A DNA stretch of 32,000 nt from an uncultured Clostridia bacterium (lineage in GTDB: Bacteria > Bacillota > Clostridia > HGM11327), in the NCBI GenBank assembly GCA_945918795.1, contig CAMEIT010000005.1, positions 2,946 to 34,945 of the forward strand. The letters run 5' to 3'. Within the stretch, counting starts at the first letter, position 1; each line of letters begins with the position of its first letter. Position numbers and translations under genes: made by a program. Shown in pieces: positions 8,796 through 17,894 of the stretch. The notes beneath the pieces are model-generated. The model saw nothing but the letters and a program-made list of their open reading frames with translations. It was not told the DNA's origin and searched no databases.

Positions 8796-8815
8796 GGGGC
8801 GACCATCGGTCGTCC
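8796..8815. repeat. 20-nt GC-rich near-palindromic hairpin, copy 1 (GGGGCGACCATCGGTCGTCC)
   Basis: Read directly. Self-pairs GGGCGACC/GGTCGTCC around a 3-nt loop. It is the reverse complement of copy 2 at 19 of 20 positions. Confidence 0.85.
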
Positions 8816-8962
8816 GTATCCACCGGTGCGAATTATCAACAACAAATAAATATGGTCGGGCATAATCACATAATGTTCCACATTCAATGCAGGATATATT
8901 AGGAAATATTGCTGACCGCATCATCTGCAAGCATCCCTTATTGTGGCAAATCCGCTTCTTGA

Positions 8963-8982
8963 GGACGACCAATGGTCGCCCC
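8963..8982. repeat. 20-nt GC-rich near-palindromic hairpin, copy 2 (GGACGACCAATGGTCGCCCC), inverted relative to copy 1
   Basis: Read directly. Lies 147 nt from copy 1, and the single difference is in the loop. Both copies sit in an otherwise AT-rich spacer. Confidence 0.85.
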
Positions 8983-9048
8983 TACACCATTCCAAAATAA
9001 TTGCTTCTATCCGAAGTAAATATTGTTATGAAATATACTCCGCAGAAA

Positions 9049-10784
<1,736 letters not shown>

Positions 10785-10842
10785 GCACGCAAAAGGAGCA
10801 TTTTTCGCAAAGTTCAACTAAAAATCTGCCCGAAATGCAATC

Positions 10843-10871
10843 AAAAAAGCGCGGCATACAAATACCGCGCC
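10843..10871 (-). terminator. rho-independent terminator after tsf
   Basis: GCGCGG (10849..10854) / CCGCGC (10865..10870). On the minus strand it is followed by U6 (plus-strand A-run 10843..10848). Confidence 0.8.
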
Positions 10872-10889
10872 TTATCGATTTAACTTCAA

Positions 10890-11546
10890 TCAGTTCTGAG
10901 AAGCCTGCTTCATAACCTCGTCAGCGAAGTTGTCAACTCTCTTCTCAAGACCTTCACCCTTCTCAAAACGTACAAAACGTCTGATCTTGATGTTCTCACC
11001 TGTCTTGATAATGACTTCCTTAACAGCGTCCAAAACAGTGATGTCTTCGTTGAGAATCCAATCCTGCTCTTCGAGGCAGTGAGCCTTATAGAATTTTTCC
11101 ATTCTGCCGTCAACTATCTTGTCAACGATCTTCTCGGGCTTGCCTTCCTTTAATGTGATGTTTCTCTGAACCTCACGCTCTTCCGCAATATCCGCAGCCG
11201 GAATCTCATCACGGCGAACATACTTAGGATTGTATGCTGCTATATGCATTGCAATGTTGTGAGCAAGCTTTTTGAATTCGTCATTCTTTGCAACGAAGTC
11301 AGTTTCGCAGTTAAGCTCTACAAGAACGCCTATTCTGCCGCCGATATGCTGATATGTTTCAACAATACCTTCAGCTGCAATACGTGTAGCCTTCTTGTCA
11401 GCCTTCATCTGACCGTTTTCTCTCAAAATCTTAACAGCCTTATCAACATCGCCATCTGTCTGCTGGAGAGCACGCTTGCAGTCCATGATGCCGCAACCTG
11501 TTACGTCTCTCAATTCTTTAACCATTGATGCACTTATTTCTGCCAT
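10890..11546 (-). CDS. tsf: translation elongation factor Ts (short, 218-aa form)
   Basis: UBA-like N-terminus MVKELRDVTGCGIMDCKRAL and the ELNCETDFVAKN core. SD GGAGGAAT present. Immediately downstream of rpsB. Confidence 0.95.
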   Translation of the reverse strand: MAEISASMVKELRDVTGCGIMDCKRALQQTDGDVDKAVKILRENGQMKADKKATRIAAEGIVETYQHIGGRIGVLVELNCETDFVAKNDEFKKLAHNIAMHIAAYNPKYVRRDEIPAADIAEEREVQRNITLKEGKPEKIVDKIVDGRMEKFYKAHCLEEQDWILNEDITVLDAVKEVIIKTGENIKIRRFVRFEKGEGLEKRVDNFADEVMKQASQN

Positions 11547-11566
11547 AATTAATATTCCTCCGATTA

Positions 11567-12376
11567 TTATTCCTGAACAGGTGTTTCTTCGCTTACTTCA
11601 GCTTCTGCCGCAACTTCAGCAGCTTCCTCAGCAACAACAGCTTCATCTGCGGCAGCCTCTGCCGATACGCTGTTTTCCTCCGGGTTATACTGCTCGCCCT
11701 GAACGCCTTCCAAAACAGCGTTTGCCATTACGGATGCAATAAGCTTTACAGCGCGGATAGCGTCATCGTTACCGGAAATTACATAATCAACCTCATCCGG
11801 GTCGCAGTTTGTATCAACTATTGCAACTATCGGAATACCGAGAGCGTGTGCTTCTGCAACAGCGATCTTCTCTTTCTTCGGGTCAACAACGAACATTACA
11901 TCCGGAATACCGTTCATGTCCTTGATACCGTCGAGATTTGTGTGAAGAGTATTCTGTTCCTTGCGGAGCTTTACAACTTCCTTTTTGGGCAACAGATCAA
12001 AAGTGCCGTCCTCTTCCATTTTATCGAGCTGCTTCATTCTTGCAATACGTGTAGAAATCGTCTTGAAGTTTGTGAGCATACCGCCGAGCCATCTCTGGTT
12101 TACGTAGTACATATTGCAACGCTTTGCTTCTTCTTCAACAGATTCCTGAGCCTGCTTCTTTGTACCTACAAAAAGAACCTTGCCGCCGTTTGCAGCAGTA
12201 TCTCTTACGAATTCGTAAGCCTTTTCTACGAGCTTTGCAGTCTTCTGCAAATCGATAATGTAAATTCCGCCTCTGTCTGTAAAGATGTACGGCTTCATTT
12301 TTGGGTTCCATCTTTTTGTCTGGTGACCGAAATGGACGCCCGCTTCCAACAATTGCTTCATTGAAATAACTGACAT
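11567..12376 (-). CDS. rpsB: 30S ribosomal protein S2 with an acidic Ala/Glu-rich C-terminal tail
   Basis: [27 protein letters not shown]. The track start 12445 is an extension. ATG 12376 has SD GAGGAGGA upstream. Confidence 0.95.
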   Translation of the reverse strand: MSVISMKQLLEAGVHFGHQTKRWNPKMKPYIFTDRGGIYIIDLQKTAKLVEKAYEFVRDTAANGGKVLFVGTKKQAQESVEEEAKRCNMYYVNQRWLGGMLTNFKTISTRIARMKQLDKMEEDGTFDLLPKKEVVKLRKEQNTLHTNLDGIKDMNGIPDVMFVVDPKKEKIAVAEAHALGIPIVAIVDTNCDPDEVDYVISGNDDAIRAVKLIASVMANAVLEGVQGEQYNPEENSVSAEAAADEAVVAEEAAEVAAEAEVSEETPVQE

Positions 12377-12472
12377 AATAAATCCTCCTCGTTCTTCCTC
12401 CATCTCCGTTCCAGCTGTTAACCGCCAAAGCGGCACGATAAGCATATGGAGATGTGTGTTATTCCATCGCGT

Positions 12473-12501
12473 ATTATAACATACAATCGATAAATTTGCA
12501 A
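12473..12501 (-). promoter_or_regulatory. sigmaA promoter of rpsB-tsf (TTGCAA-17-TGtTATAAT)
   Basis: Minus strand: TTGCAA (12501..12496), 17-nt spacer, TGT TATAAT (12481..12473). Leaves a leader of about 90 nt. Confidence 0.65.
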
Positions 12502-12546
12502 TATCTTTTTTTATTTATATTCCGTAAAATGCAAAATTTTATTCTG

Positions 12547-13134
12547 TCATGCCTTATATCCGTTTTTTGCCGCGCTGACCATTTCCGCAAAATATTTATG
12601 TACCGATAAATCCTCATTCAATTCCGGATGAAAAGCAGTAACAAGCATATTGCCTTCTCTCGCCGCAACAATTTTGCCGTCAACGGATGCAAGAACATTT
12701 GTGCTGCCGTATACCGACTCGATATACGGAGCACGAATAAATGTCATGGGAATCTTTCCTATACCCTTAAATTCGGCTTGTGTGTAAAAGCTTCCGAGCT
12801 GTCTGCCGTAAGCATTCCTTACCGCGGTAATATCCATTGCTCCGAAATGCACTCTGTCGTCATTTTCGATTTTCTTTGCAAGAAGAAGCAGTCCGGCGCA
12901 GGTTCCGAATACGGGCATTCCCGCAATTATGCGTTCCTTCAGGGGTTCGAAAAGCTCAAGCTCTCTCAAAAGCTTGCCCTGAACAGTGCTCTCGCCGCCC
13001 GGAATAATCAATCCGTCAAAAGGCTTATCCAAATCTCTTTTCCGGCGTATTTCAAATGAATCCACCGAGATTTGTGAGAGCATTTGTTCATGCTCGATAA
13101 ATGCTCCCTGCAATGCAAGCACTCCTATCTGCAT
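12547..13134 (-). CDS. pdxT: pyridoxal 5'-phosphate synthase, glutaminase subunit
   Basis: [11 protein letters not shown]-terminus, nucleophile elbow FGTCAGL, and FHPEL near the C-terminus. Lies 2 nt downstream of pdxS. Confidence 0.93.
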   Translation of the reverse strand: MQIGVLALQGAFIEHEQMLSQISVDSFEIRRKRDLDKPFDGLIIPGGESTVQGKLLRELELFEPLKERIIAGMPVFGTCAGLLLLAKKIENDDRVHFGAMDITAVRNAYGRQLGSFYTQAEFKGIGKIPMTFIRAPYIESVYGSTNVLASVDGKIVAAREGNMLVTAFHPELNEDLSVHKYFAEMVSAAKNGYKA

Positions 13135-13136
13135 GA

Positions 13137-14012
13137 TTATTTGCCTCTTTCCGCCATAAGGATTTCTATTTCCTGTTCGTTTATACCAGCCATTGCCTCA
13201 CCGAGGTCTTCGGAAAGCTCTGCCAAAAGCTTAGGATCATTGTAATTCGTTACAGCCTTGACAATAGCCGCCGCTCTTTTTGCGGGATTGCCCGACTTGA
13301 ATATACCCGAGCCGACAAACACGCCTTCTGCTCCGAGCTGCATCATGAGAGCCGCGTCCGCAGGAGTAGCGATTCCGCCGGCGGCAAAATTTACAACAGG
13401 AAGCTTCTTGTTCTCATGAACATAAAGCACAAGGTCATAAGGCACCTGAAGCTGCTTTGCAACATCAAACAGCTCATCCTCTGATGCCGAAGCAATGCGT
13501 CTGATTTCAGCCTGCATCATGCGCATATGACGTACTGCTTGTACAACATCTCCCGTACCCGGCTCGCCCTTTGTACGTATCATGGAAGCACCTTCATTTA
13601 TACGGCGCAATGCTTCGCCCAAATCCTTTGCTCCGCAAACAAACGGAACATCGAATTTTGTCTTATCAATATGATACTTATCATCAGCCGGAGAAAGCAC
13701 TTCGCTTTCATCAATGTAGTCAATTTCGATAGCCTGCAATATCTGTGCCTCCGCAAAATGTCCTATACGGCACTTAGCCATAACAGGTATGGAAACCGCG
13801 TTCTGTATTCCCTTTATCATTTTAGGGTCGCTCATGCGCGAAACGCCGCCTGCCGCACGTATATCCGCAGGAATGCGTTCCAATGCCATTACCGCGCAAG
13901 CGCCTGCCGCTTCCGCAATTTTTGCCTGCTCGGGGGTTGTTACGTCCATTATGACGCCGCCCTTGAGCATCTGTGCCAAATTCTTGTTCAATTCAAATCT
14001 GTCATTTCCCAT
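13137..14012 (-). CDS. pdxS: pyridoxal 5'-phosphate synthase, lyase subunit
   Basis: [32 protein letters not shown] and [32 protein letters not shown] are PdxS/SNZ family blocks. Confidence 0.95.
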   Translation of the reverse strand: MGNDRFELNKNLAQMLKGGVIMDVTTPEQAKIAEAAGACAVMALERIPADIRAAGGVSRMSDPKMIKGIQNAVSIPVMAKCRIGHFAEAQILQAIEIDYIDESEVLSPADDKYHIDKTKFDVPFVCGAKDLGEALRRINEGASMIRTKGEPGTGDVVQAVRHMRMMQAEIRRIASASEDELFDVAKQLQVPYDLVLYVHENKKLPVVNFAAGGIATPADAALMMQLGAEGVFVGSGIFKSGNPAKRAAAIVKAVTNYNDPKLLAELSEDLGEAMAGINEQEIEILMAERGK

Positions 14013-14189
14013 TTCTTTTTTTCTTCTTAAAACTTTTTATAAATTATTTTATATGCCTCGGATATTTCCGAGCCATGTATTATCTTTCGGTACGAGGCAA
14101 GCTTTTGCGCCTGCGATGTCTATATTGAAATACTCCGTATGTAATAAAGAGCATCCGTAATTTATACATTACCTATATGTTTAGTATGT

Positions 14190-14218
14190 ATTATAATTTA
14201 TTTTCTCTGTTTTGTCAA
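14190..14218 (-). promoter_or_regulatory. sigmaA promoter of pdxS-pdxT (TTGACA-17-TATAAT)
   Basis: Minus strand: TTGACA (14218..14213), 17-nt spacer, TATAAT (14195..14190). Implies a 5' UTR of about 170 nt. Confidence 0.65.
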
Positions 14219-14268
14219 TAGGTATTTTGATCCCTTTATGCACAAAAATAAAAATGTATCTCAAATGA

Positions 14269-14297
14269 TTGACAAATATAAAAAGCCGTGCTATAAT
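14269..14297 (+). promoter_or_regulatory. orphan sigmaA promoter on the + strand (TTGACA-17-TGcTATAAT) with no protein-coding target
   Basis: Plus strand: TTGACA 14269..14274, 17-nt spacer ending in TGC, TATAAT 14292..14297. Downstream on + there is only non-coding sequence, then the hairpin at 14457..14487, then the antisense of the Rrf2 gene. Confidence 0.55.
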
Positions 14298-14447
14298 AAT
14301 TCCTATGAAATACATATGTTTTATGGTAAAGCATATTGTTTTCATGTAACTATGCGGCAAATATAAGATAGTGCATCCGGAATCGCAAAGACCTCTCGGC
14401 AAAAACGCATAACTGCAATAAAAAAGGCGGCAAATCGGCTTCAAGCT

Positions 14448-14487
14448 AAAAAAATGTCCGCAGTATACTTTATCGTATTCCTGCGGA
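14448..14487 (-). terminator. rho-independent terminator after the Rrf2 gene
   Basis: TCCGCAG (14457..14463) / CTGCGGA (14481..14487) with a 17-nt loop. On the minus strand it is followed by a U-run (plus-strand A-run 14448..14454). Confidence 0.75.
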
Positions 14488-14497
14488 TGAGATTTGA

Positions 14498-14935
14498 TTA
14501 TATTGTGTAGTCGTTTGCGTACAGTTCTCTTTGCTGATCCAGCATATCCTGTAATGTTATACCGTCAAGGTACTCATTGATAACGCGGTAAAGTCCCTTC
14601 CAAACAGGGAGCGTGACGCACTGTGAACTGCGTTCACATTGTATCGGATCGTTTTCAAGGCAAGCCACAGGCGAGAGACTCCCCTCCGTAATACGCAGAA
14701 TATCGCCTACCGTATATTTGTCAGGTGATTTTGCAAGCCTGTATCCTCCGTTAAAGCCTCTGTTCGTTCTGAGAATGTCGGATTTATTTAACAGAGGAAC
14801 AATCTGTTCCAGATACTTTTTTGAAATTCCCTGACGCTTTGCAATATCTTTAAGCGCCACATAGCCATCATTTTGATGCTCAGCCAAATCAACCAGCATA
14901 CGCAGTGCGTAGCGACCTTTTGTTGAAATAAGCAT
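14498..14935 (-). CDS. Rrf2-family transcriptional regulator with a three-Cys putative Fe-S site
   Basis: MLISTKGRYALRMLVDLA plus a wHTH (ALKDIAKRQGISKKYLEQIV), then C-x7-C-x5-C (VACLENDPIQCERSSQCV), as in cluster-binding Rrf2 proteins. SD GGGGTGA present. Confidence 0.9.
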   Translation of the reverse strand: MLISTKGRYALRMLVDLAEHQNDGYVALKDIAKRQGISKKYLEQIVPLLNKSDILRTNRGFNGGYRLAKSPDKYTVGDILRITEGSLSPVACLENDPIQCERSSQCVTLPVWKGLYRVINEYLDGITLQDMLDQQRELYANDYTI

Positions 14936-14965
14936 AGAATATCACCCCTGTAATTTAATAACCTA

Positions 14966-14994
14966 ATAATACCATATATTTAGTAGATTTTCAA
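14966..14994 (-). promoter_or_regulatory. candidate promoter of the Rrf2 gene (TTGAAA-17-TGgTATTAT)
   Basis: Minus strand: TTGAAA (14994..14989), 17-nt spacer, TGG TATTAT (14974..14966). Confidence 0.5.
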
Positions 14995-15089
14995 GAGGTA
15001 TTTTCAATTATTTCGGCAAAATCGTTTTTGTGAGGCTCTATAATAAAGTCAGTGTTGCAAATAAAAGATACAGAAAGGATGTAAATTAT

Positions 15090-15842
15090 ATGTTGCCCGA
15101 TGCAATTTTTTTGAATATACATATGTACGGCGTAATGATTGCCGTAGGCATAGTGTTTGCGTTTATCGTTTTGTTTTCGTATTCAAAGAAGAAAAACATA
15201 GATGAGAAATTGGTAAACTTCATTTTTTACGACGGAATAGGTGCCATAGTATTCGGTTTCTTGAGTGCCGCATTTTTCCAAGGGCTGTACGATTATATCG
15301 AAAACCCCGATGCGGGTTTCCACATAGGCGACAGCATAACGTTTATGGGCGGATTGTTCGGAGGCGTGGTATTTTTTCTTACCGTTTATTTTATATTAAG
15401 GAAAAAGCTGAACCTGCATCTGAGTGATATTATTTCGATTATTCCCTGCTCGATACTTATAGGTCACGGCTTTGGCAGAATCGGATGTTTTTTTGCGGGA
15501 TGCTGTTACGGCAGAGAAACCGACAGTATTCTCGGCATAAAATTCCCAAACCTGCCGAATCCCGTGCTTCCCACACAGCTGTATGAAGCCGCATTTCTCT
15601 TTATTATGTTCGGAGTATGCTCATATTTAGTCATGAAAAAGGACTTTAAGCACAATCTGAGCTTGTATCTTATATCCTACGGTATTTTCAGATTTTTACT
15701 CGAATTTATAAGAGGAGATGACCGCGGTCAATTTATAGCAGGCATAACGCCGTCACAATTCTGGTCGATCGTAATGATGGTGGCGGGGATATTGGTTTTC
15801 TTTATACTGAAAGGCAAAACAAATAAAGCTGCCCTCAAATAG
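15090..15842 (+). CDS. lgt: prolipoprotein diacylglyceryl transferase
   Basis: Polytopic membrane protein with GRIGCFFAGCCYG and the LPTQLYEA and RFLLEFIRGD blocks typical of Lgt. The track start 15030 is GTG. ATG 15090 follows AAAGGA. This is the only + strand gene in the window. Confidence 0.88.
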   Translation: MLPDAIFLNIHMYGVMIAVGIVFAFIVLFSYSKKKNIDEKLVNFIFYDGIGAIVFGFLSAAFFQGLYDYIENPDAGFHIGDSITFMGGLFGGVVFFLTVYFILRKKLNLHLSDIISIIPCSILIGHGFGRIGCFFAGCCYGRETDSILGIKFPNLPNPVLPTQLYEAAFLFIMFGVCSYLVMKKDFKHNLSLYLISYGIFRFLLEFIRGDDRGQFIAGITPSQFWSIVMMVAGILVFFILKGKTNKAALK

Positions 15843-15850
15843 TCTGCCTT

Positions 15851-15875
15851 AAAACACGGTACTTAATGTGTACCG
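15851..15875 (-). terminator. hairpin between the convergent lgt and U32 genes (better as a minus-strand terminator)
   Basis: CGGTAC (15857..15862) / GTACCG (15870..15875). On the minus strand it is followed by UGUUUUAA. Confidence 0.5.
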
Positions 15876-15927
15876 ATAAAGCATGTAAGGCATACCGTTT
15901 GAAAAGCAGCTTGATTGAGCTTGCCGT

Positions 15928-17148
15928 TTATTTTCGTCTCATTATGGAATTTACCGCCACAGCCTTATCATACGGAATATATACCGTCTCCTGAGGATGT
16001 GGTGCCGTTGTTATTTTCTCCATATTTTCGTCATACATTTCATTGAGCGTCAATTCAAAATGTCTCCCGACCGGAGGCATTATTTCCACAGTGTCGCCTG
16101 ATTTGAAATGATTCCTCTGTTCTATTTTTATCATACCCTTTTCAGCGTCATAGCCTATTACCTTACCTATGAAGCCATAATCCCTCACATACGTACTGCT
16201 GTCATAGCACTGTGCCGACGCATCGGGCTTTCCGAAAAAGAATCCGGTAGAAAACGGTCTGTGACTTGTTTTATCTATTTCGCTCATCCAATACGGATCA
16301 AACTCATATTTTTCTGGATCGCTTTCGTATCTGTCTATCGCTTCTCTGTACTGCTTTGTAACGGTGGCGGTATAGTTTATTGTTTTCATTCTGCCTTCTA
16401 TTTTGAAGCTCATAATGCCCGCCTCGGCAAGCTCGCGTATGTGCTTTATCATGCAAAGATCGTTTGCATTGAACACGTACGTTCCTCTTTCGTCCTCAAA
16501 CACAGGCATAAACTGTCCCGGACGCTTTTCTTCCATTACATAATAATTCCACCTGCACGGCTGAGCACATTCTCCATGGTTAGCTCCCCTGCCCGTCATA
16601 TAGCTGCTGAGCAAACAACGTCCCGAATATGACATACACATTGCTCCGTGAACAAACGCCTCAAGCTCAACGTCGTCCGAAAGCTTATCGTGTATTCTCT
16701 TTATATCGTCAATTGAAGCCTCTCTTGCGAGAATAATGCGTTTTGCGCCGAGCTCGTGCCACATTTCAGCCGCCGCATAATTTACGGTGTTCGCCTGTGT
16801 GCTTATGTGTATGGGCAAGTGCGGCGCATACTTTTTTGCAACGGAAAATACGCCGAGATCGGATATTATTACGGCATCGACCGATATTGATTCAAGATAC
16901 TTAAAATATTCCGGTAAAGCATCAATGTCTTTGTTGTCGGCGAATATGTTGACTGTAATATATACCTTTTTGGCTAAAGAATGGGCAAAATTTACTGCCT
17001 TTTCAAGCTCGTCGTCCTCAAAATTATCGGCAAACGCTCTCAGACCGAATTTTTTTCCTGCCATATAAACAGCGTCCGCTCCGTAAATGCACGCCATCTG
17101 CAGTCTTTCAAAATTTCCCGCAGGAGAAAGCAATTCTATTTTTTTCAT
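15928..17148 (-). CDS. U32-family peptidase-like protein (YrrO/TrhP-like, implicated in tRNA 5-hydroxyuridine formation)
   Basis: U32 signature EAFVHGAMCMSYSGRCLLS. MKKIELLSPAG start at 17148 with SD AAGGAA (track start 17169 trimmed). Sits next to a YrrM-like methyltransferase and mltG, as in the B. subtilis yrrL-yrrO locus. Confidence 0.88.
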   Translation of the reverse strand: MKKIELLSPAGNFERLQMACIYGADAVYMAGKKFGLRAFADNFEDDELEKAVNFAHSLAKKVYITVNIFADNKDIDALPEYFKYLESISVDAVIISDLGVFSVAKKYAPHLPIHISTQANTVNYAAAEMWHELGAKRIILAREASIDDIKRIHDKLSDDVELEAFVHGAMCMSYSGRCLLSSYMTGRGANHGECAQPCRWNYYVMEEKRPGQFMPVFEDERGTYVFNANDLCMIKHIRELAEAGIMSFKIEGRMKTINYTATVTKQYREAIDRYESDPEKYEFDPYWMSEIDKTSHRPFSTGFFFGKPDASAQCYDSSTYVRDYGFIGKVIGYDAEKGMIKIEQRNHFKSGDTVEIMPPVGRHFELTLNEMYDENMEKITTAPHPQETVYIPYDKAVAVNSIMRRK

Positions 17149-17208
17149 ACTGTTCCTTTTTTCTTGCAAAAGCTTTTTCTACACACAAAATAAACAAAAT
17201 CAAATTGA

Positions 17209-17892
17209 TTACAAAGTTTCTGATTTTTTGCGGCTTATCAATATTCCGTCCCCTATGGGCAAAAGAGCTGTTTCCATGCCGGCATCCGACATCATTTCGT
17301 TAAGGAATGCTTTCATTCTTTTAACGATTGTTATCTTTCTTCTGTTCACAAGCGATTTTTCGCTCACCATGCCGTAAAACAGAACGTCGTCGCACACAAC
17401 CGTGCCATTCGGAGAAAGGAGTCTTTTACACTCTCTCATCAACTGCAAATACTGTGCCTTTGCCGCATCCATAAAAATAAAATCGTATTTTCCGCTCATA
17501 AGCGGCATTATTTCAGCGCTGTCACCCAAAAACGAGCTTATCCTCTCGGAAAAGCCGCACAATTCAAAATTCTTTCTTGCGCGGCAAAGCATATCCTCGT
17601 CACACTCGATAGTGGTAAGTCTTGAATCCTCGCCTGCCGCATCAAGCATCGTGATTGCCGAATAGCCTATGCACGTCCCTATTTCAAGAATATTTTTCGG
17701 TTTAAGTGCGCCTATCTGCCAACGCAAAAAAGCCTCAACCTGTATGCGTGTCACAGGGAGACCTTCTTTAACTGCACTGCTATGTATTTCAGACAAAAAT
17801 GCTCTCTGCGGCGAGGAGACAAACATATCTCCTGCCGCAGTCAAATCGTCAATATACTCATCGATATAATCGTAATTAATTCTGTTGCCCAT
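17209..17892 (-). CDS. trmR: class I SAM-dependent O-methyltransferase (YrrM/TrmR-like, tRNA ho5U to mo5U)
   Basis: Motif I ILEIGTCIGYSA, and FIFMDAAKAQY (O-methyltransferase family 3 pattern). Synteny with mltG and the U32 gene. Confidence 0.8.
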   Translation of the reverse strand: MGNRINYDYIDEYIDDLTAAGDMFVSSPQRAFLSEIHSSAVKEGLPVTRIQVEAFLRWQIGALKPKNILEIGTCIGYSAITMLDAAGEDSRLTTIECDEDMLCRARKNFELCGFSERISSFLGDSAEIMPLMSGKYDFIFMDAAKAQYLQLMRECKRLLSPNGTVVCDDVLFYGMVSEKSLVNRRKITIVKRMKAFLNEMMSDAGMETALLPIGDGILISRKKSETL

Positions 17893-17894
17893 TT

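Noticed and set aside
8813-8822. DnaA-box-like TATCCAC next to hairpin copy 1
   Set aside because: It is a single partial (7 of 9) match with no cluster of boxes and no AT-rich unwinding context next to dnaA or dnaN, so it is most likely chance.
11476-11742. Gln/Pro/Leu-rich + strand ORF (...[16 protein letters not shown]...)
   Set aside because: It is the antisense reading of the GCA/GAA-rich region that encodes the acidic Ala/Glu tail of ribosomal protein S2.
12377-12445. N-terminal extensions in the ORF track (rpsB 12445; also pyrG 10695, proB 28444, cdsA 5551, lgt 15030, U32 17169, mltG 19076, kdgK 20531, ispG 2462)
   Set aside because: These are longest-ORF artefacts that begin at TTG, GTG or upstream ATG codons without an SD. 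In each case an internal ATG with a good SD gives the canonical family N-terminus.
13527-14030. 167-aa + strand ORF antisense to pdxS
   Set aside because: It is nested in the highly conserved pdxS CDS, and nothing independent supports it.
14181-14444. 87-aa minus-strand ORF in the pdxS/Rrf2 intergenic region
   Set aside because: It spans both consensus promoters. It has no SD, and its Phe/Ile/Tyr/Cys-rich sequence is typical of AT-rich non-coding DNA.
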